From NCBI GenBank assembly GCA_965227515.1, contig CBDDFZ010000001.1, positions 1,056,001 to 1,120,000 of the forward strand: a stretch of 64,000 bases of DNA, written 5' to 3'. How positions within the stretch are numbered: the first letter of the stretch is position 1; the number at the start of each line of letters is the position of its first letter. A program made the translations under genes and the position numbers. Below the pieces are notes generated by a model. That model ran no database searches. It had not been told where the DNA came from and was given only the letters and a program-made list of their open reading frames with translations. Shown here in pieces: positions 37,281 to 49,688 of this stretch. The DNA comes from Alphaproteobacteria bacterium (GTDB lineage Bacteria; Pseudomonadota; Alphaproteobacteria; CALKHQ01).

Positions 37281-38780
37281 ATGAAAGCCATCATCCTCGC
37301 GCGCGTCTCAACCAAGGAGCAGGAAGAGGGCCATTCGATCGGCGCCCAGCGTCAGCGGCTCGCCGACCATTGCGCCCGCAAGGGCCTGGATGTGATCCGA
37401 ACCTTCGAGTTGATCGAGTCGTCCACCAAGGGCGAGCGGCGCAAATTCATGGAAATGATTGAGTTTGCCAAAGGCCAAGGCGAAACGGTCGCAATCGTTG
37501 CAGATGCCGTCGACCGGTTCCAGCGCAGTTTCCGCGAGTCCGTGTTGATCGACGAGCTGATCCGCAGGGAGCAGGTCGAACTGCACTTCTATCGAGAGAA
37601 CATGGTCATCGGGAAGGACGCAACGTCGACCGACATCATGCGCTGGGACTTTTCGGTCATGGGTGCCAAGTCCTACACCCTGAATCTATCCGAGAACGTG
37701 CGGCGCAGCCTGGAGTACAAGCGCCGCAACGGCGAATGGAGCGGCAAGGCGCCGCTTGGTTACCTGAACGCCCGCGATGCCGACAACCGCAGCACGCTGG
37801 TGCATGACCCAGAGCGTGCCTTCCTTGTCCGAATGCTGTTCGAGGATTATGCCAAAGGCTGCTTCTCGATCAGCGGCGACCTTGTCCGAATGACCCGGGA
37901 ATGGGGCCTGACCAACAAGACACGCAAGGGCGGCTTTTTGACGGGCGGTCAGATCCATACGATCCTGACGAACCCGTTCTACCACGGCGAGATGTGCATC
38001 AAGGGGAAGCTCTACCCTCACAAATACGAGCCGTTGATCACCAAGGACCTGTTCGACCGCTGCGCGGCAGTGCGCGAGGGCGCGGCGCGCCCGACGGCGA
38101 CGCGGTACTCAGAGAAGCCCTTTGTGTTTCGCGGGCTGCTGAAGTGCGCCATCTCGGGACGGACTGTCACCAGCGACCTGAAGAAGGGCCGGCACGTCTA
38201 CCTGATCTGTCGCGACCCCGACGATCCTGAACGCAAACTCTACGTGCCCGAAGGCGACGTTCTGGACCAGGTGATGGAGAGCTTCCGGTCGATTCAGATC
38301 CCGCCGGCGCTGCTCGAGGCATTGCTGACGCACATGAAGGCGAGCCACGAGGCCGAGAACCGATTCCACAAGGACGCCATCACCGGCCTGCGGGGCGAGC
38401 ACGACAAGATCCGCGATCGGCTCGACGCGCTGCTTGATATGCGGCTCGACCAGAGTATTACGCAGGCTGAGTACGACAAAAAAGCGCGTGACCTGAAAGA
38501 CCGCAAGGCTGAGATTGCGGCGCGGATCGAGCAGCACCAGGACGGCGAGTTGACCTTCCGCACCACGCTGGAAAGCTTGATATCTCTGGCCTCACGCGCG
38601 GCCGACCTGTTTGAGCGTTCGAACATCGACCAAAAGCGGCAGTTGCTCGCTTTCGTGTTTTCGAACCTGCGGCTCAGGGGCAGAAAGCTAGAGTTTTCAA
38701 TGCGCTCGCCCTTCGACCTGATGGTCGGCCGGGCCGATTATCCAGATTGGCTGGGGGACCTGGATTCGAACCAGGACTAA
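37281..38780 (+). CDS. large serine recombinase (integrase); last 10 codons antisense to tRNA-Gln
   Basis: ARVSTKEQ (catalytic Ser), DRFQRS, APLGY, ILTNPFYHG recombinase domain, degenerate Zn ribbon, coiled coil. Confidence 0.95.
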   Translation: MKAIILARVSTKEQEEGHSIGAQRQRLADHCARKGLDVIRTFELIESSTKGERRKFMEMIEFAKGQGETVAIVADAVDRFQRSFRESVLIDELIRREQVELHFYRENMVIGKDATSTDIMRWDFSVMGAKSYTLNLSENVRRSLEYKRRNGEWSGKAPLGYLNARDADNRSTLVHDPERAFLVRMLFEDYAKGCFSISGDLVRMTREWGLTNKTRKGGFLTGGQIHTILTNPFYHGEMCIKGKLYPHKYEPLITKDLFDRCAAVREGAARPTATRYSEKPFVFRGLLKCAISGRTVTSDLKKGRHVYLICRDPDDPERKLYVPEGDVLDQVMESFRSIQIPPALLEALLTHMKASHEAENRFHKDAITGLRGEHDKIRDRLDALLDMRLDQSITQAEYDKKARDLKDRKAEIAARIEQHQDGELTFRTTLESLISLASRAADLFERSNIDQKRQLLAFVFSNLRLRGRKLEFSMRSPFDLMVGRADYPDWLGDLDSNQD

Positions 38781-38821
38781 GCGGGTCAGAGCCGCTCGTT
38801 CTACCGTTAAACTATCCCCCA
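38748..38821 (-). tRNA. tRNA-Gln (CTG), intact with CCA
   Basis: TGGGGGATAGTTTAACGGTAGAACGAGCGGCTCTGACCCGCTTAGTCCTGGTTCGAATCCAGGTCCCCCAGCCA; cloverleaf, anticodon CTG. Confidence 0.97.
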
Positions 38822-39040
38822 AGCAGGGTACCGCGTGCCGCCGGTTCTGGCCCGGGCGGCGTTGCGGGGCATTTCTCTAACGCGAACGTGCGCGTATTGC
38901 AATGCGCGACCGCTGCCCGCAAGCGACGGTGCCACGCCGCCTCGCACGGCGCCGGGCGCATCCCCGGCCGCGCAAAAAAGCACTGGCCACCCCAGGGCGG
39001 TTCGCGCATGCTGACGGTTGAGATAAGAGGAACACCACCA

Positions 39041-40120
39041 ATGCGCAACCATGGCGGGTCGGGCACACTCCCCGGCGCCGAACCGCCACCGAGTGATACG
39101 TCCGGCGCGGGCCCCCGCCGTGCAAGCCCCCATCGCCCCACGTACGCCGCGGTCGATATCGGCACCAACAACTGCCGGCTGCTGATCGCGCAGCCGAGTA
39201 CGCGTGCGCGCGAGCGGTTTCGCGTGGTCGATGCGTTCTCGCGCATCGTCCGCCTTGGCGAGGGTGTTGGCGAGAGCGGCGTGCTGTCGGAGGCGGCGAT
39301 GGCGCGCACGCTGGCCGCGCTGCGCATCTGTGCCGACAAGATCGCCCGGCGCCATGTCGAGGCGACATGGGCGGTGGCGACCGAAGCCTGCCGGCGCGCC
39401 GCCAACGGGCAGGCGTTCCTGGAGCGCGCGCGGGCGGAGACCGGCCTGGAGATCGAGATCATCGGCGTCGAGGCCGAGGCCGAACTGGCGGTCCATGGAT
39501 GCCGCACCCTGATCGGCTGGAATCATGCCAATGCCCTGGTGTTCGACATCGGCGGCGGCAGCACCGAGGTGATCTGGGCTGCGGTGCCGGCGGGCGGCGA
39601 CGGGCCGATCACGCTGCACGGCAGCACGTCGGTGCCGATGGGCGTGGTCTCGCTGTCGGAGCGCTACGGCAGCGCGGCACTGGCCAATGGCGCATACGAG
39701 GAGATCGTCGGCACCCTGGGCGAAGTGCTGGAACGCTTTGAGCAAGAGCATGGCATTCGCGAGGTCATCGCCGCCGGCGATGTGCAGTTGATCGGCACGT
39801 CGGGCACCGTGACCACGCTGGCCGGCATACATTTCGGGTTGCCGCGCTATGACCGACGGCGGGTCGACGGATGCTACCTGAGGACCGAGGACGCGATGGC
39901 GGTGACGCGCCGCCTGCGCGGCCTGGACCGGGAGGATTTGTCAGCAGTGCCGTGCATCGGGCGCGAGCGCGCCGATCTGGTGGTCGTGGGGTGTGCGATT
40001 TTGGAAGCGATCTGCCGGACCTGGCCGATCGAGGTGATGCGGGTGGCCGACCGGGGCCTGCGCGAGGGCATGCTGCACCGGCTGATGGCCGGGTCCGCCG
40101 TGCCGGCGGGCCGGGCCTGA
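39041..40120 (+). CDS. ppx: Ppx/GppA phosphatase
   Basis: DIGTNNCRL, ATEACRRA, DIGGGSTE, GTSGT, DRGLREG; start uncertain. Confidence 0.9.
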   Translation: MRNHGGSGTLPGAEPPPSDTSGAGPRRASPHRPTYAAVDIGTNNCRLLIAQPSTRARERFRVVDAFSRIVRLGEGVGESGVLSEAAMARTLAALRICADKIARRHVEATWAVATEACRRAANGQAFLERARAETGLEIEIIGVEAEAELAVHGCRTLIGWNHANALVFDIGGGSTEVIWAAVPAGGDGPITLHGSTSVPMGVVSLSERYGSAALANGAYEEIVGTLGEVLERFEQEHGIREVIAAGDVQLIGTSGTVTTLAGIHFGLPRYDRRRVDGCYLRTEDAMAVTRRLRGLDREDLSAVPCIGRERADLVVVGCAILEAICRTWPIEVMRVADRGLREGMLHRLMAGSAVPAGRA

Positions 40121-40128
40121 CACCTCCC

Positions 40129-42401
<2,273 letters not shown>

Positions 42402-42448
42402 GTCGAGCTCAGGCTGTGACGGCAGCGGCGGAATCCATTGACCTCTCC

Positions 42449-42560
42449 CGTCATTGCGAGGAGCGTTGCGCCCTTGAGGGCAACGCGACGCGGCAATCCA
42501 GAGCTGTTTTTCCGCCGCCACGGCAATCGCCTGGATTGCTTCGCTCCGCTCGCAATGACG
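42449..42560. repeat. CGTC-type palindromic repeat
   Basis: CGTCATTGCGAG...GCAATCCAG / CTGGATTGCTTCG...CTCGCAATGACG. Confidence 0.85.
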
Positions 42561-42591
42561 GCGGGAGTTGTCAGGCCATCGTACCATTGGG

Positions 42592-43908
42592 ATGACACCG
42601 TCGGCACGCGCGGCGGCGGCGATCGAGGTGCTGGACGAGATCGCCGTCGGCGAACGCCCCGCGGACCGCGTGCTCGGGGCCTACCTGCAGGGCCGGCGCT
42701 ACATCGGGTCGAAGGACCGGCGTGCTATCCAGGACATGGTGTTCGGCACCCTCCGCCGCCTGGTGCTGGCCGACTGGTGGCTGGCGCGGCGCGGCCGGCC
42801 GGTGGATGCACGGGCACGGCTGATCGCGGCATTGGCGCTGGAAGGCGATGGCGCGGCGTTGGCGGCAGCATTCGCGCCGTCGCGCTATGGCGCGGCCCCG
42901 CTTGACGCCGACGAGTTGGCGTTGGCCACTGCTATTGGTGCCGGCGATGCCGATGCGCCGGACTGGGCACGCGCGAACGTGCCGGAATGGCTGGCCGGTC
43001 ATTTTGCCGAGGCATTCGGACCGAACTGGCCAGCCGAGGCCGACGCGCTGAACCGGCAGGCGCCGGTCGATCTCCGCGTCAATACACTGAGGACCGACCG
43101 CGCCGAGGTCATGTCGCGCCTCGACGCCATGGGGATCGCGGCTGCGCCGACGCCGATCGCGCCCGACGGCCTGCGGGTTCAGGGGCGGTTTGCCAGTGGT
43201 GCCGCGCTGGAGCGCGAGGGCCTGTTCTCGGCCCAGGACGAAGGCTCGCAGGTCATCGTGGCGCTAGCGGGTGCCGCACCCGGTATGGCCGTGCTCGACA
43301 TGTGCGCCGGTGCCGGCGGCAAGGCGCTGGGCCTGGCGGCGGCGATGCGCAATCAGGGCGAGCTTGCCGTGTGGGACAACGATGCCGCGCGGCTCGACCG
43401 GCTCGCGCCACGCGCGGCGCGGGCTGGGGTCACCATCGCGGCGCCCAGGGTCGTCGACGCCACCGACGCGCCGCCCGATGCGGGTGACGGTTTCGACATC
43501 GTGCTGGTGGACGCGCCGTGCACCGGCATCGGCATGTGGCGGCGCCAGCCGGATGCGCGGCTGCGGATCGACGAACGGCGGCTCAACGACCTTGTGGATA
43601 TTCAGGAGCGTTTGCTGCGGCGGGCGGCGGCGCTGGTCAAGCCCGGCGGCCGGCTGGTCTATGCCGTCTGCTCACCGTTGTCGTGCGAGGGGGCAAACCA
43701 GGTCGCCGCGGTGCTGGATGCCGTTCCCGACATGGACGCTATAGCGATCGATGATCTGTGGCCGACCTGCGGCCTCGGCGGAACGCCGCCACGCGAAGCG
43801 GCGCCATCTCGCGGCATCCTGCTGTCGCCGTTGCGCACCGGCACCGACGCGTTCTTCGTCGCCGCAATGTCGAGACGGGGGGATGTAGAAAAAAAGGGCC
43901 GCGGATAA
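42592..43908 (+). CDS. RsmB/NOP family RNA m5C methyltransferase
   Basis: [39 protein letters not shown]. Confidence 0.93.
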   Translation: MTPSARAAAAIEVLDEIAVGERPADRVLGAYLQGRRYIGSKDRRAIQDMVFGTLRRLVLADWWLARRGRPVDARARLIAALALEGDGAALAAAFAPSRYGAAPLDADELALATAIGAGDADAPDWARANVPEWLAGHFAEAFGPNWPAEADALNRQAPVDLRVNTLRTDRAEVMSRLDAMGIAAAPTPIAPDGLRVQGRFASGAALEREGLFSAQDEGSQVIVALAGAAPGMAVLDMCAGAGGKALGLAAAMRNQGELAVWDNDAARLDRLAPRAARAGVTIAAPRVVDATDAPPDAGDGFDIVLVDAPCTGIGMWRRQPDARLRIDERRLNDLVDIQERLLRRAAALVKPGGRLVYAVCSPLSCEGANQVAAVLDAVPDMDAIAIDDLWPTCGLGGTPPREAAPSRGILLSPLRTGTDAFFVAAMSRRGDVEKKGRG

Positions 43909-44385
43909 TCTGCGGCCCGAGGTCGAGGGAGGAAACGCCGATAAGGCAGTACCGGGAATACGGCTAAAATATGAAGTAAACGTTAACCATGTTCGAATTC
44001 GCATAAAATTCGAGGAATCTTCCCTAGTGATCGCGCGGTTGCTAACGCACCGTCGACACCTAATTAATCGGTTGATTTCACAGAGTTTCTGGATTCGCCT
44101 ATAGTCGCCGTATCGAGTGTTTGCGGCCCGGCTGTGAGTTCACAAACAAGTTACCGCATGCGAATTGGCTTTGGCTCCTGTGGCGCGCGGCCCCGAGTCG
44201 CCGCGCCCCGAGTCGTTCCGTTCCGTCGTTGGCGTTGCGATGCGACCCAGGGTGCCTGCACGGCGAATTCGACGGCGTGCCGGGGCTTTGCATCGACCTT
44301 GGCCGGGACGACCAATGCCATCGCCAACAAGCGCGACGCGCCGCGTCCGTGAACGCAGCGCGCCTCGCCCGGCAATGCCTTTCGC

Positions 44386-44976
44386 TCAGCCCTCCGGATT
44401 GGGGTCGGGGTAGAACGGAGACGGTTCGAACTCCGATCCGCCGCTGCCGAAGCCGACATGCCATTGCCGGTCGCAGATCTTCATGTTGCCGTTCTCGTAG
44501 TACTCATAATGGCCGCTGCCGCCGGCGCTGAACACGCCGGAAATCGCCCGGCCGACGGCGCGGATGGCCTTGCCCAACCAGCTGAAGAAGCCTTTGGATT
44601 CGGCCGCGTCCATCTCGACAGCCTGCTGCGTGATCGGCCGATCGATGGTGAAGCCCTGATCGGCCAGGGCCGCGATCGCGGCACTGCGCAGTCCCGGCAT
44701 GGCCGAGTCCGCGCTCGCCAGGGTTTCCTGGCAATAGCCGTCGGCAACCCAGGCTGCCGCACCGCGTTGCGCCTGGGCTTGCGTGTATTGCCCGGTGAAC
44801 GCGATGCGCTGGGCCAGCAGATGGCGAATGCCGTCAAGATCGCCGGTCAGGCAGTAGGTGTAGGTCATGGCGCGCACTTCCGGGTTCACCGGCAACTCGG
44901 CCATCGTGGATTGCGCGAAGACAGTCGACGCCGAGGCAAACAGCATCACCGCCGCGATGATTACGCGTTTGAACAT
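44386..44976 (-). CDS. secreted hypothetical protein
   Basis: Signal peptide MFKRVIIAAVMLFASASTVFA; GGAG RBS. Confidence 0.75.
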   Translation of the reverse strand: MFKRVIIAAVMLFASASTVFAQSTMAELPVNPEVRAMTYTYCLTGDLDGIRHLLAQRIAFTGQYTQAQAQRGAAAWVADGYCQETLASADSAMPGLRSAAIAALADQGFTIDRPITQQAVEMDAAESKGFFSWLGKAIRAVGRAISGVFSAGGSGHYEYYENGNMKICDRQWHVGFGSGGSEFEPSPFYPDPNPEG

Positions 44977-45144
44977 GTCAACTACTCCAGTCGTGGTCAG
45001 GGTGGAAACGACCCCTGCTACGCACTGGCTCGGCGACCCCTGCGCGCTGTTCACGAACCCGTGATGACAGGGGCTGACTAAGGCGCAAATTGGGCATTTG
45101 GGTGGTGTTCGGCGGGCACCGAATCAGCGTGAGCCGATCCCGAT

Positions 45145-46143
45145 CTAAGCGGGTGACGGCAGCGCCAGCCGCAACAGGTCGCCGTCGGCGGCGTAGTCGC
45201 CGTCACTGCCGGCGAGCGACTGGTAGTGGGCACGGATATTGGCGGCCGCCGTACCGTGGGCGCGGTTGAGCTGGCCGCGTTCGATGCGTGCCGGCGCCAG
45301 CTCGACGCTGGCGGGACGATTGCCCTCGAACCGCACGGTGAACACCAGCGACCAGAGGTTCTGGTAGCCGAGGAAGCGCCAGTAGTCGGAAATGGTGTCG
45401 CCGGTGTCGTAGAGGATAACGCCGTCGCCATGCGGCTCGGCGCGCTGGAAGATGTGCGCGGAGTGGCCGTGCACCACGGCCGCGCCGGCGTCGATCATGC
45501 GGCGGGCGAATTGCTGGAAGTGCAACGGCGGCTCGCGGCGGAAGTTCGGCCCCCAGTGCAGGCTGAGGATGACGATATCGACTTCCTTGGCCAGCGTGCG
45601 GATGCGCGCGGCCAGCGCCAGCGCCTGGTCGCTGTCCGGCAGGATGCGCATGAAGTTGGTGCCCGAGCGCGCTGCCGTGGCGCCGAATTCCGGCACGTTG
45701 TCGGTGGCGCCGATGATGGCGATGCGCTTGCCGCCCAGGGTCAGCAGCGCCGGTTCGGCGGCGTCGTCGGCGTTCAGCCCGGCGCCGCAATGGGCGATGT
45801 CGCCGTCGTCCAGGAACCGCAGGGTGTCGGCCAGCCCCGGCCGGTCGAAGTCCAGCATGTGGTTGTTGGCCAGATTGACCGCGCGCACGTTGCCGGCGCG
45901 CAGCACGTCCACCGCCCAGGGCCGGGCGCGGAAGTGGAACGCCTTGGTCACCCCCAGGCGCCACGGCCGCGGGTGGGTGGTGATCGGGCACTCCAGATTG
46001 GCGATCACCCCGTCGGCGTCGGTCAGCAGGGGCGCCACGTCGCCCCACACCCATTCCGGCGGGTGCTCCTCCAGCACGAAGTTGAACTCGCGCGCCAGCA
46101 TCACGTCGCCCAGGAACACCAGCTTGGGGCCGGCGGCGGTCAC
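45145..46143 (-). CDS. CapA/PGA_cap metallophosphoesterase family
   Basis: GDVML, NLECP, LANNHMLDF, SLHWG, HGHSAH. Confidence 0.9.
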   Translation of the reverse strand: MTAAGPKLVFLGDVMLAREFNFVLEEHPPEWVWGDVAPLLTDADGVIANLECPITTHPRPWRLGVTKAFHFRARPWAVDVLRAGNVRAVNLANNHMLDFDRPGLADTLRFLDDGDIAHCGAGLNADDAAEPALLTLGGKRIAIIGATDNVPEFGATAARSGTNFMRILPDSDQALALAARIRTLAKEVDIVILSLHWGPNFRREPPLHFQQFARRMIDAGAAVVHGHSAHIFQRAEPHGDGVILYDTGDTISDYWRFLGYQNLWSLVFTVRFEGNRPASVELAPARIERGQLNRAHGTAAANIRAHYQSLAGSDGDYAADGDLLRLALPSPA

Positions 46144-46190
46144 GTTTCGGCTGGCTCTTGTCGGGTCACGCCGGTCAGTCGATCGCCCGG

Positions 46191-46628
46191 TCAGTCGATG
46201 GCGATGTCGCGGCGCGCCGCCGACAGCGACACCGTGAACCCGGCGACCACGTTGACCAGGCTGATCACCGTCAACACGAAGAAGCTGGACGTGCCTGTCG
46301 CCGGCAGCAGCAGGAAGCACAACAGGCAGACCACGAACACCGCCATGGTGACGACGTGGTTCAGCGCGGTGGCGCGGCTGGTCCGCGTCGACTTGATGAT
46401 GTCGATCAACAGCGCGAACAGGGCCAGCGCCAGCAGCAGGTCGACCAGCCGCAGGCTCCACAGCGCGTCGGAGAACAGCGGCACCGCCACCAGTTCGCCA
46501 TCCAGCAGCGTGTTGTCGATCAGCGCGAGGACGATGTGGATTGCGACCACGATGCCGAGGAACGGGATGAACGAAATGACACCGGTCTTGCGGTCGCTCG
46601 GCCGGCCGTCACCCAGATTGACCACCAT
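46191..46628 (-). CDS. hypothetical 4-TM membrane protein
   Basis: Hydrophobic ORF ending VVAGFTVSLSAARRD; GGAG RBS. Confidence 0.8.
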   Translation of the reverse strand: MVVNLGDGRPSDRKTGVISFIPFLGIVVAIHIVLALIDNTLLDGELVAVPLFSDALWSLRLVDLLLALALFALLIDIIKSTRTSRATALNHVVTMAVFVVCLLCFLLLPATGTSSFFVLTVISLVNVVAGFTVSLSAARRDIAID

Positions 46629-46754
46629 CGTGTTCTCCGTCTGCTGTCGCGGTGCATGTGCGATCCGATATGGGGGCGAATCGCCGTGACCTCCAGGGAA
46701 CTTACCCTATGAATCGCACCATATCATGGCGGCCCGGATTGTTTCGGCGGCCCG

Positions 46755-47105
46755 CTAGCCCTGGGCGCAGGACACGCACGTTGGCGCGGCCGGGTCCAGC
46801 TCCAGGCGTTTCGGCTCGATGGGCTCGCCGCACTGCACGCAGTCGCCGTACTCGTCGTCCTCGATCCGCTTGAGCGCGGCGTCGATGCGCTGCAGCGCGA
46901 CCTCGCGCCGGCGGGTCTGCTCCTGCGCCATCGCCTGGTCCTGCATCGCATCCATTCGCGACAGGCGGCCCAGGCGCTGCTGGTCCAGTTCGACGGGAGC
47001 GCGGTCCTCCTCGGTGGTGTCGACCAGGTCCCGCAGTTCTGCGCGCATCTCCATCAGGCGCTTGCGCGCGGCGTCGACATCGATCGCTTCCGGAGTGTCG
47101 GCCAT
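46755..47105 (-). CDS. TraR/DksA C4 zinc-finger protein
   Basis: GRLSRMDA, YGDCVQCGEPI...TCVSC. Confidence 0.92.
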   Translation of the reverse strand: MADTPEAIDVDAARKRLMEMRAELRDLVDTTEEDRAPVELDQQRLGRLSRMDAMQDQAMAQEQTRRREVALQRIDAALKRIEDDEYGDCVQCGEPIEPKRLELDPAAPTCVSCAQG

Positions 47106-47132
47106 GGCGGTCACCGCACCGGCCTGGGGGCG

Positions 47133-47885
<753 letters not shown>

Positions 47886-47961
47886 CGGGTCCTCCCAGTT
47901 TGGCCCGGTGCGCCGAGCCATGTTGTTAGGAGACCACTCTAGAGGCGACGGTGCGGTCCGG

Positions 47962-48702
47962 CTACCAGGTTCGGAAGCGGCCGGTATCCATGTGCAGGAA
48001 GTTGGAGCTGGGGTAGTAGCCGACCCCGCCCGCGGCCAGGTCAAGGGCGGCATCGCGCAGCACCGACAGCGGGATCTGGGGCACGGTGATGTCCATCGCC
48101 CGGCCCTGCATGTGCAGGCTGTCCCTGGCGACGCCGGAATGGCCGCTGTCGATCAGCATCTGGTTGGTCGCCGGAGAGCGATAGCCCGACAGCACCACGA
48201 ACTCCGGCGCGGTGCCGGTGCGCTGGGCGACCGCCCACACCATGTCCAGGAGCTTGGTGTCGACGGTGATTTCCTCGCCGGTGCGCCAGTCGCGCATGAA
48301 GCGCTTCATCTTGGACAGCTCGTTCTGGTCGTAGTCGCCGCGCTGCCAGTACATGGTCTGCAGCGTCTCTTGGGTGTGGGCGTTGCGCAGCTTCAGCACC
48401 CGGGGCGTCAGCCCCCATTCGGTCGGACCGCGCCACGGGCTGACCCCCACGTCGGGCTCGAAGAAGCCTTCGTTGGTCGGGCGGGTGAACAGGCTGAACC
48501 CGTCGCCGGTGTTGCGGTAGATCGACGGTGAGCCGGCCAGCGCCGGGCCGGCGGCCAAGCTGAGAGCGGCGGCACCCAGGGTGCGCAACGCATGGCGTCG
48601 GCTCGGCCGGTCAGGCGAGCCGTTCGGCGTCAAGACGTCCTGATGTTCTGTTCCGTCCGGGCACGCCTGCGGGCGCGCGGACGACGGGGAGCTGTTGCGC
48701 AT
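47962..48702 (-). CDS. YcbK/DUF882 (M15) peptidoglycan peptidase, Tat signal
   Basis: SRRHAL, SGYRSPATN, SLHMQGRAMD, FLHMDTG; start uncertain. Confidence 0.9.
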   Translation of the reverse strand: MRNSSPSSARPQACPDGTEHQDVLTPNGSPDRPSRRHALRTLGAAALSLAAGPALAGSPSIYRNTGDGFSLFTRPTNEGFFEPDVGVSPWRGPTEWGLTPRVLKLRNAHTQETLQTMYWQRGDYDQNELSKMKRFMRDWRTGEEITVDTKLLDMVWAVAQRTGTAPEFVVLSGYRSPATNQMLIDSGHSGVARDSLHMQGRAMDITVPQIPLSVLRDAALDLAAGGVGYYPSSNFLHMDTGRFRTW

Positions 48703-48791
48703 GACGTGTCCTTAGTCGGCCCATGGTGAACCGATCGCTAACGCGCGCAATCAATTTTCGCTGAATTGCGGAGATGGCCGGTTTGTCGCAG

Positions 48792-49418
48792 CTATTTCGG
48801 CGCGCCGGCCATGATCTCCGTGGCGAGCGCGGTGATGGCGGACCAGTCCGCGGCCGCGATCAGGTTCGCCGGCATCATCCAGGTACCGCCGACGCAGGCC
48901 ACGTTCGGCTGCGCCAGGTAGTTGCGGTAGTTGTCCATGTTCAGCCCGCCGGTGGGGCAGAAGATGGTGTCGGGGAACAGCGGGTACATCGCCTTCAGGG
49001 TGGCGGTGCCGCCGGTCTGTTCGGCCGGAAAGAACTTCAGCGCGTGGAACCCGGCCTCGCGCGCGCGCATGACCTCAGAAATCGTCTGCGCGCCCGGCAG
49101 CAGCGGCACGTCGCACCGCCGCGAAGCATCGATCAGCGGTTGCGTCAGGCCGGGGCTGACCGCGAATGCCGCCGCCTGGTCGGCCGACGCATCGAGCTGT
49201 GCCGGCGTCAGCACCGTGCCGACGCCGACGGTGGCGTGCGGCAGCGCTTCCTGCAGCGCGGCAACCGCCTCCAGCGCCAGCGGCGTGCGCAGGGTGATCT
49301 CCAGGGTGTCCATGCCGCCCGCGCTCAGCGCGCGCCCCAGCGCCACCGTCTCCTCCACGTCGTTGACCGTGATGACGGGGATCACCCGTGCGGTCGTCAG
49401 CATATGTGGCAGGTTCAT
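48792..49418 (-). CDS. eda: KDPG/KHG aldolase
   Basis: LEITLRT, GVGTV, VSPG, KFFPA, FCPTGG. Confidence 0.95.
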   Translation of the reverse strand: MNLPHMLTTARVIPVITVNDVEETVALGRALSAGGMDTLEITLRTPLALEAVAALQEALPHATVGVGTVLTPAQLDASADQAAAFAVSPGLTQPLIDASRRCDVPLLPGAQTISEVMRAREAGFHALKFFPAEQTGGTATLKAMYPLFPDTIFCPTGGLNMDNYRNYLAQPNVACVGGTWMMPANLIAAADWSAITALATEIMAGAPK

Positions 49419-49688
49419 GGCGAATTCCCTGGATTTCCGTGGATTTGTAAACGGGAGCGCGGTTTGTGGCGCAGCGGCGGCAGCACCCCGCCTGCGTTAA
49501 CGATACACCACCACAGTTGATCGCTAACATTTCAATTTTTGCGCAAATGCGTGCCATAGCCGCACGCCACCTTGATCTCCAACGCCGGACTGCGGCGGAG
49601 ATCGCGCGCCTGTCCCCTTGCATCGGTTGGTGCATGTGGCGCGCGGTCGCGCCGGCGGAGACACACGACCTGAACGTGGGAGATCAAG

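Larger units (their letters stand above)
16172..38754. mobile_element. ~22.6-kb integrative element in tRNA-Gln(CTG), large serine recombinase plus rolling-circle Rep
   Basis: TGGCTGG core at both ends; reconstructed attP is symmetric; carries recombinase, Rep, RM and TA genes; housekeeping genes on both sides. Confidence 0.88.

Noticed and set aside
25259-38780. Prophage, inovirus or ICE interpretation
   Set aside because: No capsid, terminase, Zot-like ATPase, small coat proteins, VirB4 or coupling protein seen
38747-39040. N-terminal extension of the Ppx ORF
   Set aside because: It is the antisense of tRNA-Gln and its promoter region; the real start is near 39041
48726-48742. CtrA box upstream of ycbK (TGAA-N7-CTAAC)
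   Set aside because: Two mismatches to TTAA-N7-TTAAC; too weak to call alone
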